Below are positions 24,341 through 37,531 of a stretch of DNA of 64,000 bases, piece by piece. Source of the stretch: Camelus dromedarius (lineage: Eukaryota); NCBI RefSeq assembly GCF_036321535.1, contig NC_087436.1:113648001-113712000 (forward strand), in the 5' to 3' direction. The notes under the pieces were generated by a model, which saw only the letters and a list, made by a program, of their open reading frames with translations, was not told the DNA's origin and searched no databases. A program made the position numbers and the translations under genes. Every line of letters begins with the position of its first letter. Positions within the stretch are counted from its first letter, which is position 1.

Positions 24341-25144
24341 AATGACAAGGAGAGGAAAATTTTTTTTTGAAGTTCTTATAACACATTATTCAATGAATTG
24401 TTCTAAATGCTTTGCTTCCCCCATCTTGACTTGGATGCAGACCTTGAATTAATAACAATTGGATAGATTTAGGGGGAAAAAAACCCGAATCTAATAATGT
24501 CCAATATATTACCCTGGAGAAAATGAAGTAGTGAAATGTTAAGGAAATGTCCCCTTACCAGTTTCAATCAGTTAATATCAGGAGAGAGAAGACCGACTAT
24601 CAAAGACGTTCTTCCTGATGGTACCTAATACTGTAACGACTCATTTCTCTTGTTTCCTCTTTCCAGAGAACATTGGAAAGTTACAAACTTATGTTGCTGT
24701 CTGAGACGAACAAGTCTGTCATTTGCTTAGCTGCTCAGTGTTGTGGTCATGTTCCCAATTTACTCATGACACCAGACATAAGGGCTAAGTGAGCTCGATT
24801 AGCCAAGTCTATCCGCCAGCCCTATCTGCAGCCAAGAAGCACAGCCTGAGAGCCAGCAGTCTTCAGCAGAGGTGTCATTCCCAAGCACTTCAGGAGAAAT
24901 AGGCTCTTCACTTTGCTGTTTGAAAGGGACTCGGAAAGAAAATGAACAAATGCATCAAGGAAGATTTTTCTCTTGACCTAAACTTCAGACATTAGAGACG
25001 TTGTCGTGGGTCACCAGGCTGCAAAGTTTCTTCAGTTGGGATAACTGCATTGTAACAGTGGAGTTTCAAGTGTCCATTCTTTTCTCTGAAAAGTAAAAAG
25101 TTAATAATAAGATGATAATTCTAATGATGACAATAATAATGATA

Positions 25145-25525
25145 AGCAAGGGATGGGCTAAATGCTATAACAAAGAGATCCACGGTGGCTTAGCAATGTC
25201 AGGATTCCCAGTGGGGCAGTCCTCCTGGGCGCTGTGGCGCCAATGAATATTTAAGCTTGGAAAGCCCTCATACTCATCACTAGAATTCCAGGCTTCATGC
25301 AGAAGGGAGAGAGAGAATATGGTGAACTTTTATCTTCTATTTAAATTCCTTGGTATGAAGTTTACATAACGCACTTCTGCTCATATTATCAAAAAATGAG
25401 TAACAGGGTCCCACATAGAGTAATGCCAGGAGATTGGGGACATACAGCCAATGGCTTGGCAACTATTTCCTAGCAACCACTCTGAACCGTAGTACAGGAA
25501 TGTGAATATCTGGTAGTCTGATCTG
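25145..25525 (-). mobile_element. Old MaLR LTR (MLT1I/J-like), degraded
   Basis: gctaaatgctataacaaa...gtggcttagcaa...cacttctgctcatatt. Confidence 0.55.
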
Positions 25526-26086
25526 TCGTATGCATTGATATGTGTTGGGCACTTTCCGAGGTTCATTCACATAATACTTTTTTACTATAAGTAAAAAAAT
25601 CTATTGTATCAACTGCTTTTTCTTTCTATTACATAGGGTTGTAGTGAGTTAAATAGGTAAATAAATGCAAAATGCTTTGAATAAGGAAGGCACCTAGCAA
25701 GCATAATGGTTGATAGCTATTAGTATTTTGGCTATATAGTTTGAAAAAAAAACAGACCGTTAGTTTTAGTTTTAATGGTGATTCAAGGCTCTAGCAAGAC
25801 CCTGTTCTATGTTGAAATTCAATTCAGTCCATTTGGTTCAATAGAAATTTATTCAGTGTGCCTGTAGAGTTTCCCAGGAAGGCCTGTGGCTGTCTCATCT
25901 TCTTTGATGTATTAGAAGTCCATAAACTATATAAAGTTTCACTAAATAAAAGGGATAAAGGAATATTCCACTTTATGTTCAGTAATCAACATGTCCAAAT
26001 TCTAAATGAATCCTCAGACCAAAGTGGCTTTTGTGGTGTTGAGGCAACTGCTAGCAAAGTTCACCAATTTCTTTCCTATCTTTAAT

Positions 26087-26460
26087 GGTATGAATTTCCT
26101 ACATCTGCCACAATGGAAGACTACAATCTTGGTAGCTTAAATGACATAAATTTATTGTCTCACAGTTATGGACGCTAGAAATCTAAAATCAAAATGCTGA
26201 CATGGTTAATTCCTTCTGGCGGCTCTGAAGGAAAGTGTGCTCCATGCCTTTCTCCTAGCCTCAGGTGGCGGCTGGCAACCCTTAGTGTTCTTCCCTTTGC
26301 AGTTGTATCACTGGATTAGAGACCCACCCTCATCCAGTATGAATTCATTTTAACTTGTGTACATCTGCAAAGCTTCTGTTTCCAGATGAATTCATATTCA
26401 CAGATTCCAGGCATGAGGACATGAACATATTTTTCTGATAAACACAAATCAACCCATAGC
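26087..26460 (-). mobile_element. MLT1B-like MaLR solo LTR
   Basis: aaatttattgtctcacagtt...ctagaaatctaaaatcaa...ggattagagacccaccctcatccagtatga...acatctgcaaag...acacaaatcaacccata. Confidence 0.85.
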
Positions 26461-26504
26461 CTTAAACAAACAGATTTTACTGAAAAGCTACTAATTATAA
26501 TAAC

Positions 26505-26790
26505 AATAATGTAATAACAGCAAATTTTAATTACATGATTGCTGAGTTAGGTACTGACCGGGCACTGAGTTAGGGATTTTATTGGTTAGATATAACCTTA
26601 TTTAATCCAACCCCCCCAACCTCTGTTATTATTACTATCATCATCACCATCATCATCATCATCACACCATTTTTACGTGAGAGAGACTGAGATGCAGAGA
26701 GCTATGATAACTTGCCATAGGCAAGTTGGCAAGAAACTAGTACTGGAATCAAGTCAATGTGAGTCCAGAACCAGTAGTCTCATCCAATAT
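26505..26790 (-). mobile_element. MIR SINE with internal (CAT)n
   Basis: ccatttttacgtgagagagactgagatgcagagagctatgataacttgcc. Confidence 0.75.
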
Positions 26791-27589
26791 ATGAGACAAG
26801 TGACATCTGTTTTCTAACCAGCAATTGTCCCAGAAACCAGTAGAAAGATAGACTCTTCCTCCTGTTGCAACCCAGCCTATGGGGTTCTTTTCTTGCTGCT
26901 GCTTATGTTTTCCATTTGAACTTTCCTGCCTAAATGGATGTACTTTTCCCAGTTGTCATCTCAGAGCTCTCAGAATAGTTGCAGTTCTTCTCTGGTTCGG
27001 TTAATCACAGCCAAAGATTAGCTGAAGCTTTCCCTGGAGCTGGGTTCTTGCTCAAGACAAATCTTCAATGCCAGCTTCCTTCCTTGGAATCTTGGGCTGA
27101 TGTGCTGCATAACTGCAAAGAAGAAGGAGGCTTTCTGTCTTTCCAATTTGGCCTTAATGTTTATATTGTGCTTTAGTAAGAATTTGCATGATTATTTCTC
27201 CCATCCAGAGGGAAATCAGAAATTACTATTTTGGCAGGATGCAAACAACTTTTGTTCTTTCATTTCAGGTTTTATATATTATAAAAATTGTCTGTTCAAC
27301 AAGTAAATTTAAAAAATGTATAAACGCATAGCTAATGATCCCTTCCTCAGTGATACAACCATTTCCATGTCTCTAAAGTAGACAATGTTAATGAACTTAT
27401 GTGTATCCCCCCATTTTTCCCCTTGTCTTATATACATATTATATAAAATAATGTAAAGGTTTACTTAGATTTCTTTTTCACCAAATAGTCATCCTATACA
27501 TGTTACTTTGAACCTTGCTTTTAAAATTTCATGATGTATCATGCATATATCATGAATATATTACATAAATCATGGCTATTATCATCCAG

Positions 27590-28420
27590 GGTTTGGTCCT
27601 TGGATCTCTTCTCTAGTCCACCTATTATTTCCTTGGCGATATCATTCAGTTCCAAGTCACTAAAAATCTTAAGGTTGTCGACTTCCAAATTTATACTGTC
27701 AAATGGGACGCTTGTCTGAATTTTAGACTTGAACAACCTACTGCCTACCCATCTTCACTATTGGCCTATGTCATAGGTACTTAAACTTAACAAATCCAAC
27801 ATGAAAAACCTAACATTCTCCCCAAAACAGACTCTACTTGTGCTCTGCCCCATCTTAGTTAATAGAAATTCCATCACTCCACTGGCTCAGCTCCCAACAA
27901 TCCTGTATTTTGCATGTGTGTCCTCTCTGTCTTTCTAATGCTACATCAAGTCCCTCAGCAAATCCTTCCAGCTCTCTTTCAGAGTATATTCAAAGTCCAA
28001 CCACTTCCAACCTCCTGCATCATCTCTGTCCCAGTTTAAGCCACCACTGTCTCTCACGTGCATTATTGCTCTAGTTGCCTCACTGACCTCTCTGCTTCCA
28101 CCTTTATTCCACGCCTTCAAGTCTTTATTCAAATATTACCTTTTCAGTGAACACTTGTTCACCCACCCATTTTAAAACTGCACCCATAACATTCTGTACC
28201 TGTTTTCTAAGACTTAATTTTATACACAACACTTATTAACTTTCAGTAATATAATTATTGTAAGTATACAGTATAATAGAGTGCTTTCATTATTTTGTCT
28301 CTGTCCAAGCCGCAATGGCAGAAATTTTTGTGCCTTTTTTTTTTTCACTGCCATATCCTTAGAACAAGGTTTGGCCTCTAGTAGGTGCTCAATAAAATTT
28401 TTTCAATTGATTGGTGAACA
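27590..28420 (+). mobile_element. L2 LINE 3' portion
   Basis: aggtacttaaacttaacaaatccaac...catcaagtccctcagcaaatcc...agtaggtgctcaataaaa. Confidence 0.85.
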
Positions 28421-28429
28421 TTCTTACAA

Positions 28430-29040
28430 ATCAGTGTGTATGTGCGTATACACACACATAATCTTTTTATTCTAATTTTTTAATAAACTGGTATTTTACA
28501 CAAATGAGATTATACCAAACATTATTTGTGTCTTTCTTTCTAACTTTTCTTTTATTTTTATTTCCTATGTCTACTGTTTTTCTTGCCTCACATTTTTTCC
28601 TTCCCCTCTCCTCAACCCTTGTTAACAACCAGAAATTCATCTTTGTATGCAGCTTCTTCATGCTCCTGTAACAATTTACAAACATATAGACATCAATTCA
28701 CTATAAATGCATAAACAAAGGGATCTGGGAATTCATTGTTTGCTTTAGAAAAACTCAATTGTATCTTACATACATTTCTCTACATCTTATTTTTCTTACT
28801 TTTTCAGTAGTTAGTATAAATCCCATCAAGTTAACTCTTATTAGTCAAATTAATTTCAATGGCTGGTAAGTATTCCAGGAAGAATACAGATGAACTAAAA
28901 TCTGTTTAGTCTTATCTGACTATGAGTATGTCTTTTGTTTCTAATTTTTTTTCGCTCCATGAGACAATGTTGCAATAAACACCCTTGCATACTGTTCCTT
29001 TTGGTTCTACAGGAAAGATTCCTGGGAGTGAGAATCCAAG
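28430..29040 (-). mobile_element. Old L1M (L1ME-like) fragment; a related piece lies at about 27270-27560
   Basis: acaatgttgcaataaacacccttgcata...aggaaagattcctgggagtgagaat. Confidence 0.6.
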
Positions 29041-29769
29041 AGTCTTGGGACAAATTAACCTAGATCTGATTCAGAGAACACTTTAATTTAACATTTTTTT
29101 GAAACCTAAAGTATACCATTATTATTAAATTAATATTTAGTATGTGCTTGCTACTTGCCATAAATATTTCCTCTTTAATTCTTATAGCAACATTGACAGT
29201 TGAATATACCCATCTTACAGATGAGAGATTAAAGGCCCAGAGAGGAGAACCATTCTCAGGGAGAAGTCACCCTTGCCCTGTTCCTCAGTCTTATTCCCAG
29301 TCTTGATATTCAGGCCTAGAGCATTGTCTCCTATTCCTCCAAGGAGATCTATCAGATTGTAAAGCAAAGAGGCTTGTTGGTGGCCTGTCTTGTCTAACTG
29401 AGGGCCCTACATCAGCAGACAGATTAGGTCTCATCTCTTCCTCAACACAGTAGGACACTGTCTTCATTCATTGCTATGCTTTTCCTGAGTTGAGCTGTCA
29501 GGAAGGAACTCTGTTCTCTTTAATTTCTGGAGCTTGGAGCCCAGCTCAGTGTCTGCCACATTTCAATGAATTAACCTGTGGATAACTATGAGGATGGACC
29601 ATGGACTTGACGTTTGCTCTGATCTAAGACATGGGTCTGATCCCAGTCCCCAGGGCAGTGTACCTGCATAGTCTCATTTCATAGGACAAATGACCACCGT
29701 TCCCATTCCCAAGCCTCTGATCTTCCAGTGCAACTGCCTTGCCTGGTAATGAGTCAGAAACAGAGCAGA

Positions 29770-30010
29770 AATAATAATGGCTACTGTGGATGGTGTTGTG
29801 AATTACATGCCCAATTTAATGGTAAAGTAATTGCATGGATTATCTCATTTAGTCTTCATAACACTGGATAGAAAAGATTGATATCTTCCCTGTTTTATAG
29901 ATGAGGACCCTAAAGCACAGGAAAACTAAGTAACTTGCTAATGTGACACTCCAAATGGCAGATCTAGGCTTCAAACCAAGGCAAGATGACTCCAGTACCT
30001 GAGTCTTTAA
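29770..30010 (-). mobile_element. MIR SINE
   Basis: ttatctcatttagtcttcataaca...gttttatagatgaggacc...aagtaacttgc...ggcttcaaaccaagg. Confidence 0.82.
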
Positions 30011-30335
30011 AAGGGAAATGGCAAAACAATCCCTCCATGACATTTCAGAAATTGTCTTGAACTCCACAGGGGGCTTTGCTTTGTTCTGGCATGAACAAGA
30101 CAGAGCAGTAGACCTGGAGCTGACCCAGGGGTGAGGCAAGAGCGCCAGATTCCTGTCCTGGCTCCAACAACGCACATTGGCATCCTGAGCTACTGTCTTC
30201 ATTTGTGAAGTTTCAGATGGAGCAAGCTGGTGATGACAAAGGTGCTGTGGTTTTTTCAGTCAGACAAATACTAAAGTTGATTTCATCACTCATTGTGAGT
30301 GCTAGGCCAGGTGACTTAATCATTCTAAACATCCC

Positions 30336-30507
30336 CCCCACCCCACTCCCATGTGGAGAGGGTATATAAAGCCTTATAATAATATAATCTGCTGAAACAG
30401 ATAAATGTGTTTTAAATGTGTGATACAAAGAGAAAAGTTCAGGTGAAACATATGGCACATGATCAGATCAGCACACCATGACATGCCAGGTCCTCCTGCA
30501 GGTGAGT
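30336..30507 (+). promoter_or_regulatory. Candidate core promoter (CACCC box plus TATA box) and first-exon splice donor
   Basis: CCCCACCCC 30336-30344, TATATAAA 30363-30370, CAG|GTGAGT at 30501/30502, all in non-repetitive sequence. Motif evidence only. Confidence 0.3.
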
Positions 30508-31799
30508 CTGGAAGTGTAATGTGGTTCTCAAGCTCCTGCCTCTCCTTAGCACCTTTATTTCCATTGGCATCCCAGCCCCAGCCACCTTCGTGATCTGTGG
30601 CTCTGGGGTTTGTGGTTTGGATGTTTATGGAGTGCGGCTTCCTGGCAGCCACAATTAATGCCAGGATTCTCCCCATGGCTCCTTGTTTTAACAACTCCCT
30701 TTTCTTGGCACAACTTATGACTGCCCTGGATATAGAATTTCTGTGATCTCTCAACATCTTCTGCCTGAAGGCCTTGAGGGAGTCTGAGTAATCCTGCCAC
30801 TCTTCTTCCTTTTCCTTTCTTGGACTCTTTACTAAGGGAATGCTACACACAAGGGGAAAAAAGGAAAAAAAGAAATTCTCTCTCAACCAGAAGAAAAATG
30901 CTTTGTTAACAGCCAAGAATTCAGTACCTACTAATATACAGACCTTTGATAACTTTGAGGTAGAAAGTGATAGAGTAGGGATGAAGTGGGATGTCTTCTC
31001 CCCCTCATATTTGAAGACTGGGACTCATGGGCTAAAGCTTGTCTACAGGTATTTAGGTGGACATTTAGGTACCCGCTTAGGCACCAAGTTCAATATATTC
31101 ACTCAGCCAAGCAGTTGGGGTGAGAAGAGGGAAGCTAAGAAGGAAACCAGCCTCCCTAGAGCTCAGGCCCTGCCTGGGAGAGTTTATAGCACTAAGAGGC
31201 AGAATAAGAAAGAGACAGGGCAACCTGGGCTTCTGACCTACAAGGCACAATGGCCTTGCTCTCCAGTTAATGTGGGCTCTGATTGGTTGACTTAACAACA
31301 TCCCTTTCTGGAAGAAGGATTCAGGAAGGAATAGAGACAGATAGGACTGGCAAGAAAAATAGTCTTCAACATTTGAAGGAAAAGTTCTAGAAATCTCCTC
31401 TCTCTATGATCTGTTAATCACAAAGTATTCTTCAGTGTATCCCCTTTTCAAACATCCAGGTAATTTACTTAAGAAAAAAAAATTCTTGTGAAATTCCTAA
31501 ATTATCAAGGTGGAAAGGATCATTGAAGGCATCTAGTCTACCAACCCATCTTCAGGACTAAACTAATAAACTAACCTTTAGAAAGAAGTGATTTGCTTAA
31601 AGTAGAAGAATCTCAGGGTTCCAGATTGCTTACCCAGCTCTCTCCCCCTACACCATAGCACGCAATTTTGAAATGCTGTTACATTGCTTTCTTTAGTCCT
31701 TTTCCTCTTATGTTTCTTTCTTCTTGTCCCTTTTTGTCTTTTCTTCCCATCCTATACCTACCCATAGCCAAAAAGAATTTACTCAGATACACAGAAGAC

Positions 31800-32300
31800 T
31801 ATTAAAAAGGCAATTCATTCCAAGGTATATACTCTGTAGTAGTAAGTGTACATATTCACCGAAACAATTATACATAAATGTTCTTGTCAGATTTATAATA
31901 CTCTGAAACAACTCATATGTTCATCAACGGAAATATGGGTAAAAAATGATGTATTTATACAAGAGAATGTGATACAGCAATAAAAAGAACAAACAGTGGT
32001 AAACTCAACAATGTGGGTGGGTTTTAAAGAGGTTATATTAAATAAGAGAAGCCAGACACATGATTCAATTTGTATGAAGTTCAAGAATGGCCAAAAGTAA
32101 TCTGTGTGATAAAAGCCAGAATAATGGGCTGAAGTCTGGTAGCTATTGGTTGGGAAGTGGCCCAAGTTAAGCTTATGGGGACTAGATGATATTCTATATC
32201 TTGTTCTGGGTGTTAGTCATATGGGAGAATACATATGGAAAAATGCATTGGCCTGGGCACTTTAAGTATATAAATTATACCTAAGTTTAAAAAAAAAATC
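31800..32300 (+). mobile_element. Old L1M 3' end (L1MB/ME-like)
   Basis: gaaacaactcatatgttcatcaac...aagccagacac...tgtatgaagttcaagaatggccaaaagtaatct...aaattatacctaag followed by an A-rich tail. Confidence 0.85.
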
Positions 32301-32747
32301 TTTGAAAGGGCAATAGAAAAGTTGGAAATATTCTGATGGGAAGAGGACTAACATACCCAAAACAGGCTAACAAAATTACTGAAATTGAATATCAAATTTA
32401 ATTTTGGGATAGCAGCCAGTGAAAAAATTCCTAATCATTTGTCCCTCCCATTTTCTTAAATACAAATTAAAATCGTCAAGAGAGCAATATTTTAACAGCA
32501 ATATTCTTTTAAAATTAACTTATGTAGTATTTTAAAAAAAAGACTCTGAATAATATAATGGTCAAAATCTCTGACAAAACTCATTAGAAGTGTTGAGCTG
32601 TCTTACTATGCCCATTTTTTCCTATCAGTCTTTTACAAAGCTAACACTTACCGTGAAATATAATGAAGATATGTTCTTAGAGGAGAAGAAGCAAATGAGA
32701 TCCAAGTGACCATCAGTTGGCTAACTCCCTAGAGACAGTGCTTAGTC

Positions 32748-32909
32748 CAGCACATCTCAACTGTGACATGCACAGAATCACCTGGGGATCTTGTTAAAAT
32801 GTGACATGGAGTCAGCAGGTCAGGAGTGGGGCCAAGATTCTGTGTTTCTGGCAGATCCCCAGGTGATGTTGCTGCTGTTAGATCAAGGACCACACTTTGA
32901 GTAACAAGG
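32748..32909. mobile_element. MER5A-type (hAT-Charlie MITE)
   Basis: agaatcacctggggatcttgttaaaatg...ggggccaagattctg...cccaggtgatgttgctgctg...gaccacactttgagtaacaagg. Confidence 0.9.
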
Positions 32910-33309
32910 GCTAGACTGCTCTGGAAGTGTTCAGCCATCATTTTTACCGTTTGTATTGGGATTATTTGCTAAACATCAGATTTCTAGGCTCCTTCTCCAT
33001 AGAAGGTAGGACAAGGGACGCTGCTTTTTTCTCTTTCATAAATCCCAAGAAGATTATGGCAAAACCTAAATATTTGGAGCCACTGACTTAGAAGAAAATG
33101 AACTTATGGCAAGCCCCTTACAGTTCTCCAGTAAGTGTAGTTGCTGCAGCTGGCTTTACACATCAGGAGAAAGGAAGGGAAAGAACATAGTTTCAGTGTC
33201 TTATAGGCATCAGTCGCTTATTGGATATGCAATTAATCTTAGTTCATTTAATTCTAATGCATATCTATGAAGTGGAAATTATTGTTAATATTTTAGAGTT
33301 AAAAATAAC

Positions 33310-33495
33310 TCTGTGATCATCACTGAGCACCTACTATGTTCCAGAAATTGTACTAAATGCTTTAAAGGTACCCTCTCAAAAAGAAACCCAATGAAATAGG
33401 CTCTGTTGTTTCTTTTCAGTTTTCCAGCTGAAGCAATGCAGCAGTAGAGAAGTTGAACCAGTCTAGGGTCTGTCTGATTCTCTAGAGCTCGAGCC
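33310..33495 (-). mobile_element. MIR SINE
   Basis: cactgagcacctactatgttccag...tactaaatgcttt...gttgaaccagtctagggtctgtctgattc. Confidence 0.65.
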
Positions 33496-35585
33496 TCAGC
33501 ATGCACGCAGGGCCCCTTTCAATCAGTGTCACGCAGGAAGCAGCAAGGCCAGGACGCAACCCAGACATTTTTATTTTTTATATTTATTTATTTATTTGCC
33601 TCAACTATAACAATTTGACCAATTGGCCCATCTTATGTTCTTTTCATTTTGCTTTTATTACTCCATTCTTCAATTATTTTGCTTTGAGGAGTATCAGTAA
33701 AAAGACTCAGGGGCTCAAACTGTAATGATTAACATCTGTATAGTATTTGTCAGTTTAAGATAGTGTACAAGATACTTTGGCTGATTTGATTTCCCAAACC
33801 ACATATATCCTCATCTTATGAATGAGGAAACCCTGGGCCAGGAAGATGTAATTCATTCATCTGGATTCATACTCCAGACTCCTCACTCCAAGTCTGTGAG
33901 TTTCCACTGGGCCATTCTGCCAAGGGAAAAGACAGCAGGAAATAAAGTGGGAGAGGGAGAAAGACAACCACTTGGGAACCAGCAGCACTGAGTTTTCGTC
34001 CTGGCCCTGCCACTAGCTAGATGCAACCTCAGGCGATCTGGTTTCTCTCTTTGCACTGTAAATTTTTAATCTGAAAGTAAGAGAGTTTAGAATAAGCCAG
34101 TTATTTTAAAGTAGTGTTGGATCATATTTACCAAGACCCCTTCTTTAAAAGAAATCTTACAGTTAACCACTAACTCCTAAAGAAAACCTTATAGCAGATA
34201 GTTAACAACTGGAGCCCCGGGGACCCACCCCTTCTCATTCTAGGTTGGGTTGGGAATCGCTTCTGTTTTGTTCACTGAGTTCTTACGGTGTCTGACATAG
34301 TAGATGCTTATTAAATGCTTGGTGAATGAATAAGTCTCTTCTATGGAGTCCCTGGAGCTCTGCGGACACAGTATAGAGACCATTGACCAACAGGTCTCAA
34401 GGTTTCCTGTGGTTCCAAGAGGCCACATTTCTGAGAAACTAAAGCTTCCTGTAAGAGTTGAGACCAAAAGCAGAGATTTCTCCAAATGTCCCTTCATATA
34501 CGGGGACCTCAGATACTTCCAGGCAAAGACAGAATTCTGCAGCGCTGTGTTTTACATCACGCTGTATTAGATGCTTAAGGATTAGATGTTTTATCTTACA
34601 TTCTTTCTCAAGAAAATACAAACTGAATACCAAAATGGACAAAGAACTAGGTTTATTAGGTGACTTCTTTTAAAGTTTTTTCCCTTCTGTGAACTCTGTG
34701 CACAAATCGCTCCCCTAACTCTTCTATAAATTTCCTGGATTCTCTTAAAAACTAATTTTATTTGAATGTTGCCTACATATCTGACTGTGACATAGTCAAT
34801 ACTGTGTTATTTTATTTCTGAATAATAAAAAAAAACTTTTCATTATGAAAAATTTCAAAAATACAAAAAAGTGGAAAAATTACTAGTATAAGATTTCTAA
34901 TTATTTGGAATAATTTAGAACTATGGTTACAATAGAGCTTCATATACCAATAAATTCTACAGTTGCTAGGCGTTTGTCACATTTACTTTATCTATTCTGA
35001 TTTCCCCTTTTCTCTTTCTTTGTGAAAAATTTCAAAGCACCATGTTATTTTACCCCTACTTCAGCATACTGTGAAGATTTTGTTTTCTTTTATTTTGGGC
35101 AGGAAAGAAAATTTATCTTAAACTTTGGGAAGGAGCATAAACATGGTTCACTTTCACTTATATTTTTAAATGGGTTCAGTTATTTAATAGAGTAAATTGA
35201 TAAAAATGCTCACATTTATCAAAAGCCATATAGGCTTCTGCAAAACTCCCCTAGGGTTCTGCAAAAGACGCTGTCTATATTCCCTTATTCAATCGATGTA
35301 ACTATTTCCTAAGTTAGGGACTCCTCTATTTTACAAATGAGAAAACTGAGCCTGGAAAGTGAGCAAATGTGGGCTTGATCTCAGAGCTGCTTATTTTGTT
35401 CCCTGCCACTTGTGCAGCCCACACCTGCCCTCTGTCCTGATGACTTTGGTGGGTTAGACACTTAAAGTGCTTTAGAATTTTGCCATGTAATGCTGGAGCA
35501 TGTGATACAGTGTGATGGAACCTATGGTTTAGTTCCTGAGTCTATGTGTTAAGAGGTACATGGTCAAGATAGCATTTGTCTAGAA

Positions 35586-35830
35586 CAGTGCTTCTCAAAT
35601 TGCTGGTGGTTACACATTAGCAGATTACAAAATAAATTTGTGAGTCATGATCAGTATCTGAAAAAAAATAGACTAGACTAGGGAGAAAAAAAAAACAAAA
35701 CAACAGGAGAGCTAGTATTGCAGATAAGTGATATGTGTGAAGGTGTGGGTGCAGTTGTGTGTGTGTATTGGGTCATTATGTGAATGCACTTTTTGGTGGG
35801 ATGATGATATAAGAGGTTTGAGAAGCCTTG
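35586..35830. mobile_element. hAT-Charlie-type non-autonomous DNA transposon
   Basis: Terminal inverted repeats cagtgcttctcaaa (35586-35599) and tttgagaagccttg (35817-35830), 12/14 match. Preceded by gtctagaa, a Charlie-type target site. Confidence 0.8.
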
Positions 35831-36769
35831 TTTGAGAAGATGCAACTGAGAAGTATAGGATCATGAAGCCATATTACATAATAAATGGTAGAACAAGGTG
35901 AGAACATTGGCTCTTTCTCTCAAATTATAACTGCTTATTCTCATCTCTGTCTCCCTTGGGTCTTGAGCTTTTGATTCTCTATCTTCTTATGAAAACACAC
36001 AGACATATATAGTTATGATCAAATACAAACATTAATGTAAAATATTTCAATATTTGATAATACACCATTGTGTGCAAAAGGTTTCTTCTAAGTAACAAGA
36101 CAAGGCAGAACTAAGAGAGTTAAGACACTAGGGTGAATGGATGAAAATCATAGGATACTAGATTTTGTTGCTTGTGACCATATGTATAACTTTGCTGACA
36201 ATTGGTCTGCCCAACAAAAGAGGGGGTTCCCTGACTTTGTATTATACAAACGTATCTCCAGATGATAATTTGACAGTGTTGTTACGTTAGGTTGAAGATA
36301 TGAGGTTAAAGCTAAGATGACTTCCATTTCTCTGGGGTCAATGATCAAATATCATTTGTAAAGAGCTAGAGGTAAGAAAGAGTGTTGCACGTCCATGGGA
36401 TGATTAAATGTGAATGGTTCTAGATCAAAGGGGTAGGAGCTGTAGAATCAAGTAGGGGTGTGCTCATGTATGTTCTTCTGAAGCTAATATAAAACGTTTT
36501 ATTTTATTACAAAGTCAGTGTTACACCATGAAAGAGTTATAAGCCTGGATAATGGTCTGATCAGACTTGTATTTGGGACGTCTGATTTGCAGAAGGACGG
36601 GTTAGGTGGTGATTGCCATGGTCCAGAAGAGCCAGATGATAGTCTTGAGTGACAGGTGCAACGTGAACAGAGTTGAGGGCTATGAAGGGGAGAGACTCAG
36701 CAGGGCTTGGGATTTGATTGGACATAGAGGGCGATGAAGAAGAAAAACATGTATTGTGACATCATTAAA

Positions 36770-36945
36770 GACCAGGCTCTGGAGTCAGAGAGAGAAAAGT
36801 CTTAGAAAAGCAAACATCACTTGCGTTTTGAGGCTTTAAACAAGTGAAGCCTCAGATTCTTCTTCTATAAAATAGGAATCACAGCAGCACTTACTTCATA
36901 AAACTGATACACAGATTTAATGGAGTAAGGCATGTAAGTGCTCAA
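36770..36945 (+). mobile_element. MIR SINE
   Basis: aggctctggagtcaga...gcctcagattcttcttctataaaatagg...gcatgtaagtgctc. Confidence 0.75.
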
Positions 36946-36956
36946 GAGATAATTTT

Positions 36957-37531
36957 TCCTGAAGACTGTACTTTTAAAAGAAGTTTGAAGTTTGCAACAA
37001 AATTGAGAGGAAAGTACGAAGATTTTCTACTTACCCTCTGCCCTATACATGCACAGCCTCCCCCATTGTCAAAATGATCACCAGAGTAGTACATTTTTTT
37101 AACCAAGGATGAACTTACATTGACACATCATAATCACCCAGAGTCCATAGTTTATCTAAGGGTGTATTCTTGGTATTATACATTCAATGGATTTCGACAA
37201 ATGTGTAATGACATATCTCCATCTTTATAATATACGGTATATTTTCACTGCCCTGTACATCCTCTGTGCTCTGCCTCTTCAGCCCTCCCCACTGCCACCT
37301 TGGACAACCACTGATCTTTTGATTGTCTGCATAGTTTTGCCTTTTCTAGAATGTCATAGAGTTGGAATCACACAGCACGCAGATTTCTCAGATTGGCTTG
37401 TTTCGCTTAGTAATGTACATTTAAGTTTCCTGCATGTCTTTTCATGGCTTGATAGCTCATTTCTTTTTAGTACTGAGTAATATTCCACTGCTGGATTTAT
37501 CTGTTAACCTACTGAAGGTCATCTGAACTGA
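36957..37531 (-). mobile_element. L1MC-type 3' end with degraded TSD
   Basis: caaaattgagaggaaagtac...atgaacttacattgacacatcataatcacccagagtccatagttta...tttcatggcttgatagctcatttcttttt. Flanks caagagataatttt (36943-36956) and caagagctattttt (37532-37545). Confidence 0.9.

Noticed and set aside
30374..30916. 180-aa minus-strand ORF, and overlapping ORF 30840-31295 on the plus strand
   Set aside because: No recognisable domain and no supporting splice structure; the length is compatible with chance.
34343..34570. ATG-initiated 75-aa ORF in unique sequence
   Set aside because: No recognisable homology, promoter or splice context.
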